In this document: in pieces, positions 56,769 through 64,000 of the stretch
How the letters are laid out: every line of letters begins with the position of its first letter
How positions within the stretch are numbered: the first letter of the stretch is position 1
DNA from: an uncultured virus (IMG/VR IMGVR_UViG_3300012984_000011)
Taxonomy: Duplodnaviria; Heunggongvirae; Uroviricota; Caudoviricetes
Virus record (IMG/VR): IMGVR_UViG_3300012984_000011
DNA length: 64,000 nt
Direction: 5' to 3' (one strand)
Notes under the pieces: generated by a model
What the model saw: only the letters and a program-made list of their open reading frames with translations
What the model was told of the DNA's origin: nothing
Database searches by the model: none
Made by a program: the position numbers and the translations under genes

Positions 56769-57091
56769 TTGACCTCTGCTAGTTCCAATTTCAACTCCGG
56801 CATAACCACGTCTTCCTCGGGGTCTTTGAGGAGAAGCACCCTGGCCTCCTGGTTATGCCTTGTCAGGATCTCCAACACTGCCCGATGGCGGGCCATTTCT
56901 ACGGCGACGTCCCTCACATCTTCTGAGGCGGTTAGGATCAGCTGATGGGTTTGTTTGATGACAGGACCCAGCTCGGTCAGTTGTCCCGCCGCCTCGATCG
57001 TCTTCAGAGAATCGAGTGCTCGCGACAATTGGTTGGAGGCCCGCATCAGATCAGGGCGATTTTTACGCTGAATTTTACGACCAAAACTCAT
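56765..57091 (-). CDS. Hypothetical protein
   Basis: Coupled ORF. Confidence 0.55.
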   Translation of the reverse strand: MSFGRKIQRKNRPDLMRASNQLSRALDSLKTIEAAGQLTELGPVIKQTHQLILTASEDVRDVAVEMARHRAVLEILTRHNQEARVLLLKDPEEDVVMPELKLELAEVK

Positions 57092-57097
57092 CTGATT

Positions 57098-57529
57098 TCA
57101 CTGAGCAAAGGGTGGCTGACCACGAAATATGGCGTAGAAAGGGATGGTGTTCTGATTCATTTCTTTCTGCAACACATCGCCATCATTAGTTTTTGGCAAA
57201 TGTGGGACAGTGGCAGCCAGTTCCAACAATCTGGGGTGAGAGGTCACTCTAACCAAATCGGCACGAGCCCGATCGTCCCGCTGCAACACATCGACGACTT
57301 GTTGTTCACAGAGAGTATCAAGCAAACAGATCCCTCCCTGACCGTTGCTATCAACCGGACCTTCAACCCAAACGTTATTCTTGCGATCTCGATCGCAAGC
57401 CGTCGTCATATAGGGTGGCAGGTCGGTTCCGTAGGTGACCGGAATACCCTCCAGTGTGCAGCCGCATGTATCGTGGAATTTCTCTTGACAAGATCCACTA
57501 CAACTACAGCCGCCATTTTCACACGCCAT
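57098..57529 (-). CDS. Protein with Cys-rich N-terminus
   Basis: MACENGGCSCSGSC...CGC; RBS AAGGAGG. Confidence 0.6.
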   Translation of the reverse strand: MACENGGCSCSGSCQEKFHDTCGCTLEGIPVTYGTDLPPYMTTACDRDRKNNVWVEGPVDSNGQGGICLLDTLCEQQVVDVLQRDDRARADLVRVTSHPRLLELAATVPHLPKTNDGDVLQKEMNQNTIPFYAIFRGQPPFAQ

Positions 57530-57788
57530 CTTGATCCTCCTTCAGCCAATTGAGCCGATAAACCAAGACTTTATGAGAACCTATCGTGACTCGGCTGTAC
57601 AGATGGGGTTTTTTCCGCAGCAATTCGTATGACAACTTGGGGGATTGTCCAACAGGCAAAGGATTGGCGGCCAACCAATCACCCACCTGTCTGCTGACCT
57701 GCTGTGCAAAACTGCCTGGATTGTCAACCAATACGGCCTGATCGGCCTCTTCTAAGCTGAAATCCTCCGAATCTTCTAGTTCAACCAT
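57519..57788 (-). CDS. Hypothetical protein
   Basis: Coupled ORF. Confidence 0.55.
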   Translation of the reverse strand: MVELEDSEDFSLEEADQAVLVDNPGSFAQQVSRQVGDWLAANPLPVGQSPKLSYELLRKKPHLYSRVTIGSHKVLVYRLNWLKEDQDGV

Positions 57789-58629
57789 CCCTAGATTGTA
57801 TCACAGGTAAATTACGAGTGGTATTGTACTTCTTAGGTGCTTGACTCTTATCGGCGGCATAACAGTAGGTGCAGCCAAATCCACACGACTCATTGGCCGT
57901 GAAAGGGTCGACCGCCATCACACACCCACACCCCTCTGAGGGCGGCACCTCTCTGGAGGATAGGGCAAAGTCTTTCGGATCTGCACAAACTCCGGAGGTC
58001 AGGTTGGGGTATGGGTCTACCCCCTCAAGGAGACGATCCTCATTGCAGAGCCGAACCTCAATCCCATACATGCGGCCCAAAGCGGCCATCTGTTGCAACA
58101 ACTCTAGCCGTTCGGCTGGAGTGCGGGTCTCTGGAACCAAATCGTTGGGCTGAAGAAACGACAGATAGACCGCATCCAAGCCGGCCGCACAGGCCGCTTG
58201 AGCAAGGACTTGAAACCTCTCCAACACATCTGGAACGATCGGTACAGGAGAGAAACGCCACGTCACATTGGCGGCTCCAAATTCTTTGACCGTCTCTTTG
58301 AGCAGCAAAGCTGATTCCAACCTGTTAGGAGCCCCTTTCTCAACCTCTTCCCAGCCGGTCGCCGTCACATGAATCTTCACATTGTAAGGGGCAAGCAGGC
58401 CTCTAGACAGGATCAGATTGGTCGGATCCTTGGTCCAGAAGATGAGCCCCAACGTGTCCTCAGGTTTGAGACTCCACTTCTGAGGGATGGAGGTCCGCTG
58501 ATCGAAAGCCGTCATCCACCCTTGACTGAGCTGGATCAAGAACCAGTTCCATTTCGAAGCTGGAACATCAGTCCACCTGGACAAACTATAGGGGATCAGC
58601 TCGGCGGCGCCACTTTGGATAGGATTCAC
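57781..58629 (-). CDS. DUF1848-family protein
   Basis: SRWTDVPA, FWTKDP, WRFSP, CGC...CGFGCTYCYA. Confidence 0.8.
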   Translation of the reverse strand: MNPIQSGAAELIPYSLSRWTDVPASKWNWFLIQLSQGWMTAFDQRTSIPQKWSLKPEDTLGLIFWTKDPTNLILSRGLLAPYNVKIHVTATGWEEVEKGAPNRLESALLLKETVKEFGAANVTWRFSPVPIVPDVLERFQVLAQAACAAGLDAVYLSFLQPNDLVPETRTPAERLELLQQMAALGRMYGIEVRLCNEDRLLEGVDPYPNLTSGVCADPKDFALSSREVPPSEGCGCVMAVDPFTANESCGFGCTYCYAADKSQAPKKYNTTRNLPVIQSRDG

Positions 58630-58650
58630 CCCTAGATCTTACACCAAAAC

Positions 58651-60027
58651 TCAATCCTTAGCTTTACGGGCCAATCCTGAAAGTTTGGTCGAAGCAGACT
58701 TGACCCAACTCTCCAAATTCTTGGCCCAATCCTTCAATACAGCCACACTGTAGGTAATGACGTCCTGCCCTGTGGTTGGGTTGGTCGAAAAGTCAATGTC
58801 CGAGATCGCATAGGTGATGAGGGCTCGCCTGGGCAAGACCAGCAAATTCCTGGCCTCGTTCGCCACATCAGCAAGATCACGACTCTCCAGGTAGATCCCT
58901 TCAAGGTCAAAAGACACGTCTTCAAGGGTAGCCAGAGGTTTGCCTAGATCTTTGAAGAACTTGACCCAGAAGGTCTGAGCCACCCTACCGTCTCCAAAAT
59001 CAGACTCGTGACGGGAAGCGATCAAGGTGCGGTCAAAGCCAGACAGGATGCCTTGCACCTCTTTGACGGTTTGAAGCGCTCTAGCGATAAGGCCTGGCAA
59101 ATCAGAGGCTGTAGCGGTGGTCATTTTCCAGGCAGTTTTTTGCTTCTCATCTGAGGCTTCATCCAACGCCTCTACGATATCCTGCCCCTCGAAATCTTCC
59201 AACACATCCGACAAGCTCTTCATCACCAGAGCAGCCAGCGCTTCCTCAGGGCTGAGCTCTTCCTCATCATCCTCGTCTTGTTCTGACGCCACCCTTTCCA
59301 GCATCTCTGCCAAACCATGGATCGCCTCATGGCTGATGTGGTGAAGCTCCCCAAAGAGATGCACCTTCTCCAGTGCTTTGGTGGCAGCCTTCATCGCTAC
59401 CTTTTTGGCCATCGCCTTACCGACAAAAGCCGCCCCTGTGAAGACGCCGGTTGTCGACAGGGCAGCCGCAGTAGCGGTAATAGCCATGTGGATCGCCACC
59501 GTCTTGACTGCTTTCTTCTGATGTGCGTCCAGCTTCTTGCCAGCAATCACATCCTTGATCGCCTTACCGGCCTCTTTGAATTCGTGAACCTCTTCCTTGG
59601 CAGTGTTGACCAAGTTTTTGGCGTAAGCCTTGGGACTTTTAAGGACCGACAAGGTGGCATCTTTCAGCACCTTCTTGCGGTGACCTTCATCTGCCACGAA
59701 CTTCTGCACAGCCGCTGGAGCTGAGGTGATCAGTGCTTTGGCCTTGTCAGACAAGCGATTGAAGACGTTCACCACCTTCTGCTTGTTCGATACCGCCACC
59801 TCTTCATCGTCCTCATGGTGCTGGCCGTGCCCCTTTTCATCTTTGGGGCTACCACCCTTATCAGACTTTTCTTCCTCTTCCGCCTTACCCCCATCCTGGT
59901 CTTTCTTGACCTTGTGGTTCTTTGGGTTGGCGTGAGGATGGAGCTTCAGGTAATGCCCCATCTCCTTCTCGGAGGAGTGCTCCATAGAGAACCGGTACCT
60001 AGCTACCAATTGAGAAGGGTTGCGCAT
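58651..60027 (-). CDS. Hypothetical protein with His/acidic tracts and hydrophobic hairpin
   Basis: 458 aa; AIHMAITATAAALSTTGVFTGAAFVG. Confidence 0.65.
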   Translation of the reverse strand: MRNPSQLVARYRFSMEHSSEKEMGHYLKLHPHANPKNHKVKKDQDGGKAEEEEKSDKGGSPKDEKGHGQHHEDDEEVAVSNKQKVVNVFNRLSDKAKALITSAPAAVQKFVADEGHRKKVLKDATLSVLKSPKAYAKNLVNTAKEEVHEFKEAGKAIKDVIAGKKLDAHQKKAVKTVAIHMAITATAAALSTTGVFTGAAFVGKAMAKKVAMKAATKALEKVHLFGELHHISHEAIHGLAEMLERVASEQDEDDEEELSPEEALAALVMKSLSDVLEDFEGQDIVEALDEASDEKQKTAWKMTTATASDLPGLIARALQTVKEVQGILSGFDRTLIASRHESDFGDGRVAQTFWVKFFKDLGKPLATLEDVSFDLEGIYLESRDLADVANEARNLLVLPRRALITYAISDIDFSTNPTTGQDVITYSVAVLKDWAKNLESWVKSASTKLSGLARKAKD

Positions 60028-60030
60028 GGG

Positions 60031-60750
60031 TCAGTGCCAGCTAGAGAAACGAGTGTCGTAGGGGATCTTATTCTTATCCAGCCAAGCGCCAAATTGGTCC
60101 CACGATACGCTAGATAGTTGCTTGGGATCCTGCTTCAGCATCATGTAAAACTTGCGAGCAGCGGTCGGACTCTTGGAGACGTACTTGGTATAGTGCGGGT
60201 CTGCTTGCTGAAAATCAGAATCAGGGGAGAAAGACGCGAATTCCCCCCACTTCACCTTGACACTGAAATTCTTACCCTCAGCCACGAACTCGTCCACCCC
60301 TTCAGGGATGACATTGAGGTAAAAGACGTCCTGACCATACCACTTGATCCCTTTGATCCAGTCGTTCTGCTCAAGGGCGGCCGTCTCTTTCTGATTCCTA
60401 TGATCAGGAGATGCGGTGCGCTTGTACGCCTCATCGTAGGCTTCCAACAACTTCTTCTCAATGGCTTCGAAGTCGTCTGAAGAGGTCAGCTTGGCAAAGT
60501 GAAGGATGTTCTCAGGGATCCACATATCGAAGGCTCCGTAACTAGACGGATTTTGCAAGGTCTTCGACTTGAGCTTCTTCTTACCCTTTTGCGGCAACTC
60601 CTCCAGGAACCACTGATGGCGGCCCCACTGAAGTCGGGCGTCCTTCCCCAAAAACTTGCCGTCATAGTCAGCTTGCTTGAATCGGAGCGCCACTCTGGAG
60701 GTCAAAGCAGCTTCTTTATGGCGACTGAGGATGCGTTTGGTAAGACTCAT
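60031..60750 (-). CDS. Hypothetical protein
   Basis: 239 aa; N-terminal SRVALRFKQA. Confidence 0.65.
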   Translation of the reverse strand: MSLTKRILSRHKEAALTSRVALRFKQADYDGKFLGKDARLQWGRHQWFLEELPQKGKKKLKSKTLQNPSSYGAFDMWIPENILHFAKLTSSDDFEAIEKKLLEAYDEAYKRTASPDHRNQKETAALEQNDWIKGIKWYGQDVFYLNVIPEGVDEFVAEGKNFSVKVKWGEFASFSPDSDFQQADPHYTKYVSKSPTAARKFYMMLKQDPKQLSSVSWDQFGAWLDKNKIPYDTRFSSWH

Positions 60751-60786
60751 AGGTTCCCTGCTAGGGGAGACCCTATGAGTGGACTA

Positions 60787-62028
60787 TCAGCCTGCCTGGA
60801 TGGCAAGAGGCTGCACTTCCAAAGGTTCCCGCAAAATGGCCGCCTCAGCCGTCCCCTCTACCGCTGCCTTGGTGATCATGATGCCTTTTACGGTAGGATC
60901 ACTGGGGCATTCAAAAGCATAGGTTTTGAGGATCCGTTCAACGATAGTCCGCAACGCTCTCGCACCTGTCTGGCTCTTGATCGCTTTTTGGCCAATAGCT
61001 CGGAGCGCCTCATCATCAAAATGAAGATCGATACCGTCCATCTCAAACAAGGCTTTGACCTGTCGAATGATGGCGTCCTTGGGTTCAGTCAGAATCCTGA
61101 CCATCTCATCTTCCGTCAATGGGATGGTGGTAGTCCTGACAGGGATGCGGCCCAACATTTCAGGAATCAGGCCGAAATCCAGCAAATCTTCTTCCTCAAT
61201 CGCTAGATAGGCCTCTGCAGAGGTGTGCTGTTGGTGGGATTCCGAACCAAATCCCACCTTCACATGCTTATTCTTTCGACGGTTGACCGACTCCTCAATT
61301 CCAGCAAACGATCCTGCACAAATGAACAGGATATTACTGGTATCGATCGTGTAGGTCTCGTTCCCCATACCATTGAGGCCACCTTTGGATAGCGTCAACT
61401 GTGTACCTTCCAGCAGCTTCAACAGTGCTTGCTGGACCGCCTCTCCTGAGATGTCTCGGTAACCAGCCGCTTCCCGACCACTCTTTCGAGCAATCTTGTC
61501 CACTTCATCCAGGAAGATGATCCCCCACTCGGCCTTCTCAGGGTCATTGCCAGCTGCTGTTACGAGGCCTTCAACCAACGTTTCGACATCCTCACCCACA
61601 TAGCCCGTCTGGGTCAATCGAGTGGCGTCTCCGACAAAGAATGGCACCTTCAGCAGTCTAGCTAGCGTGCGTGCCATCTGGGTTTTGCCGGTTCCGCTAG
61701 GACCCAGGATCAGGATGTTGCTCTTCTGAATCTCAACATCCTGCAACAACAAGCCTCGTTTAGCAGCGTCACGCCGCTTGTAGTGGTTGTAGACCGCTAC
61801 TGACAGATCTTGACGGGAGGCATCTTGCCCCACCACATAATCGCCCAAACGGGAGTAAATTGCTTTGGGTTTTAGAAGTAGCGGCTCTTCTTTAGGCTTC
61901 TGAGCCGCATTCATCAAGCCGGCGGCTGTGCCGAAACAACGATTGCAAATGCAAGGACCATCCTTGATCAGTTCGACGATTTGCTTGACTTCGTTCTCAG
62001 GCCGTTGGCAAAGATCGCAGCTTCTCAT
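60787..62028 (-). CDS. clpX: ATP-dependent Clp protease ATP-binding subunit ClpX
   Basis: C4 Zn finger, KSNILILGPSGTGKT, GYVGEDVE, DEVDK, RDISGEAVQQALLK, VGF loop, TGARALR. Confidence 0.93.
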   Translation of the reverse strand: MRSCDLCQRPENEVKQIVELIKDGPCICNRCFGTAAGLMNAAQKPKEEPLLLKPKAIYSRLGDYVVGQDASRQDLSVAVYNHYKRRDAAKRGLLLQDVEIQKSNILILGPSGTGKTQMARTLARLLKVPFFVGDATRLTQTGYVGEDVETLVEGLVTAAGNDPEKAEWGIIFLDEVDKIARKSGREAAGYRDISGEAVQQALLKLLEGTQLTLSKGGLNGMGNETYTIDTSNILFICAGSFAGIEESVNRRKNKHVKVGFGSESHQQHTSAEAYLAIEEEDLLDFGLIPEMLGRIPVRTTTIPLTEDEMVRILTEPKDAIIRQVKALFEMDGIDLHFDDEALRAIGQKAIKSQTGARALRTIVERILKTYAFECPSDPTVKGIMITKAAVEGTAEAAILREPLEVQPLAIQAG

Positions 62029-62055
62029 AGGGGTCTTTACACCAACCCCTAGAAC

Positions 62056-62805
62056 TCAAAGGATATCAGCGTAGACGATGCAAGGCTTGTTCCACTCTAC
62101 GCCATCACAGTAGACTTTACCCTTGGGTGAAATCACGCATATTCCACCCTCACCGAAATTGTTGCAGGTCTCTTGACCGTATCGGTTACTGACAGCTAAC
62201 CACACTCGATTATCGACTGCGAAGTCCATCCACGTTGTGCTGGGGAAGCCGCCGTCCCCAAAGTTCGAGCTGAAGCAGACGATATCGGCGTCTCCTGCTT
62301 CGTAAAGGTCCGTTAGTTTGGATGACTTGTTCCGAATGTCGCGGCAAATCAGCAATCCTATGCGTTTGCCCAAGAAATCGATGATGGGGGGACTGGCTGT
62401 ACCAGCTTCTGCCCAGAGGTAGTCGTTCCCCCATCGGTTCAGTTTGGCTACCTGTACGAAGGTCTGGTTGGGCAACATCAGAACTTGGCTATTGTAGAGT
62501 TTACCAGAGACATAATCCTTCTCCATCACCCCCCAAGCGATGGCTATCTGGTACTTCTTGGCCAACGCCCCCATCACCTCCATAGAACGAGGCGGGGATC
62601 CGGATCTCATGTAGTTAGAGATCACCTCTGCATATGGCTCAGCATCTTCAGAGCTCATGAAGCTGTAGCCAGTTGTGCACAATTCAGGGCACACGATCAA
62701 TTCAGCCCCTTTTTCAGCGGCCTCAATGATCATCCTAGCTACCGTCCTAAGGTTGCCTTCCACATCCTTGAGTACGGGAGCGAACTGAATTGTAGCTATT
62801 TTCAT
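62056..62805 (-). CDS. Carbon-nitrogen hydrolase (nitrilase family)
   Basis: PELCTTGY (E), AK, LICRD (C). Confidence 0.88.
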   Translation of the reverse strand: MKIATIQFAPVLKDVEGNLRTVARMIIEAAEKGAELIVCPELCTTGYSFMSSEDAEPYAEVISNYMRSGSPPRSMEVMGALAKKYQIAIAWGVMEKDYVSGKLYNSQVLMLPNQTFVQVAKLNRWGNDYLWAEAGTASPPIIDFLGKRIGLLICRDIRNKSSKLTDLYEAGDADIVCFSSNFGDGGFPSTTWMDFAVDNRVWLAVSNRYGQETCNNFGEGGICVISPKGKVYCDGVEWNKPCIVYADIL

Positions 62806-62837
62806 AGGCGTCCACCCTAGGGGAACCGATGAAAGCT

Positions 62838-63218
62838 TTAAGACGGCATAAACTGCCGATCCCACAGCTTGATGGCCGTCCCCTTGTAGACCCTCTTCAG
62901 CGTCGGGTCTCCGATGGCCTGCATGGCGGCAGCTGAGGCGATACCTTTCTTACCTGACGGCAACTTGACCGAATAGCCTCCCCCGTCCTGGTGCACCACA
63001 CCTCGACCATCAAGTAACAGCTGGCCCAGTATTTCTGGAACGTGTCTGCTGTCGGTTCTGAACCGCAAGTACTTGTTCTTCCCCAACAGAAGCACGCCCA
63101 ACACCTCCAATTGGGTGAACTTTAGCTCCTTGGCGGCGGAGGTCTGCATGAAACGTTCGACCAGTTGGTGCGACGTTTCACTCTCTTTGAACTGAACTGC
63201 TACAAATGTCATTGTCAT
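62838..63218 (-). CDS. Hypothetical protein
   Basis: GGTGTA 8 nt upstream. Confidence 0.6.
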   Translation of the reverse strand: MTMTFVAVQFKESETSHQLVERFMQTSAAKELKFTQLEVLGVLLLGKNKYLRFRTDSRHVPEILGQLLLDGRGVVHQDGGGYSVKLPSGKKGIASAAAMQAIGDPTLKRVYKGTAIKLWDRQFMPS

Positions 63219-63289
63219 CGTCCAGTTACACCAAACAAAAGACTAATTGCGGCGTCTTAACTATTTCTCGAACCATCCGTTCAATCATC

Positions 63290-63484
63290 ATGGCCGCCCA
63301 AACCTACACGGACCCCGAATTCAATCAACGAATCGATCGAATCGTCCAATACCTTGTTCGCGACCAGCCGGTCGATCAGTTCAATCCTTACGAAGTGGCG
63401 GCAGCCAAAGTGTTCCTCAAAGGCATCGAGGCTGAGCTAGCCGAAGAACAAAAAGCTGACGAAGCCTTAATTCAAAACCCCTGA
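63290..63484 (+). CDS. Small hypothetical protein
   Basis: TTAA-N17-CGTTCAA 5 nt upstream of ATG. Confidence 0.55.
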   Translation: MAAQTYTDPEFNQRIDRIVQYLVRDQPVDQFNPYEVAAAKVFLKGIEAELAEEQKADEALIQNP

Positions 63485-63511
63485 ATCCGTTCTATCTGGT
63501 AGGAGACACCC

Positions 63512-63682
63512 ATGAAACCCTACGGCAATACCCCCAGCGAAAATCAGACCTGCCGCTACGGCTGCTGCACCCTCGGCACCATCAAGACCCGTCACCGCCC
63601 CAACGTCGACAAGCAGCACATCCGCCGCTCTCGCAAGCGTGCTCGCCGTCTCAACCGTGAATCCATCGAAGAGGCGGCCTGA
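63512..63682 (+). CDS. 56-aa basic protein (absent from ORF track)
   Basis: RBS AGGAG; MKPYGN...CRYGCC...RRSRKRARR; TTAA-N17-CGTTCTA upstream. Confidence 0.6.
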   Translation: MKPYGNTPSENQTCRYGCCTLGTIKTRHRPNVDKQHIRRSRKRARRLNRESIEEAA

Positions 63683-63685
63683 AGC

Positions 63686-63988
63686 ATGTCCTATCTGGCA
63701 CAACCAAAAGACCCGTTCCGAGATGTCCTCAAAGCGATGACTGGCAAGGAACCTCCTGCTTTCGTGAAAGGGTACGGATCAAGGGATTTGACGGATCAAC
63801 AGCAGATGGAACTGCAGGATTGGTGCAGCTCCAATGCGGAGCCCTTCTGGCTGACTGGCATTGGCTTGTGGGAAGCGGCCGAACAACAAGTCAAAGAAGC
63901 TGTCAGTAACGGCAACATCCCACGCGATCCGGAAGAGCCTCCAAAGCCAAAACGAGTTCAACGCAATTATTTCAGGTCTCAAAAATGA
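63686..63988 (+). CDS. Hypothetical protein
   Basis: Follows the previous ORF by 3 nt. Confidence 0.55.
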   Translation: MSYLAQPKDPFRDVLKAMTGKEPPAFVKGYGSRDLTDQQQMELQDWCSSNAEPFWLTGIGLWEAAEQQVKEAVSNGNIPRDPEEPPKPKRVQRNYFRSQK

Positions 63989-64000
63989 CTGATGAATTCG

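Noticed and set aside
1..64000. Alternative genetic code (stop reassignment), known in some large phages
   Set aside because: Recognisable enzymes are full length in code 11, and TAA, TAG and TGA all end genes at coupled boundaries

Overview
This is a densely coded 64-kb segment with many short, overlapping genes of mixed orientation in the standard genetic code. It looks like the accessory/auxiliary part of a large (jumbo) bacteriophage genome. No capsid, terminase, rRNA, tRNA or CRISPR feature was recognised. The host is probably a diderm bacterium (inference from OmpA-domain, lipoprotein and spanin-like genes). Recognisable modules: (1) a PspA-like/OmpA-SBP/ABC transporter operon; (2) a NUDIX-nicotinamidase-vWA-PP2C-kinase (TerY-P-like) cluster; (3) an RlmN-like radical SAM protein; (4) lysis and peptidoglycan genes, including a GT51 transglycosylase; (5) RNA ligase, CCA-type nucleotidyltransferase and RNase HII; (6) Dam methylase, topoisomerase IB, ClpX, two J-domain proteins, zincin proteases and a CinA-NadD-like fusion. 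Patterns read directly from the sequence: two recurring upstream motifs at fixed distance from start codons (YGGTGTA-N8-13-ATG and TTAA-N17/18-CGT...ATG), a shared 'RV(A/V)ARF..A' peptide motif in unrelated proteins (candidate virion packaging/processing signal), a shared C-terminal 'R(Y/W)xxLL(D)' motif, and a hairpin/heptamer-rich non-coding locus at about 29.3-29.6 kb. All product calls come from motif recognition by eye, not database searches. Several start sites were moved from the ORF track to the motif-proximal ATG.
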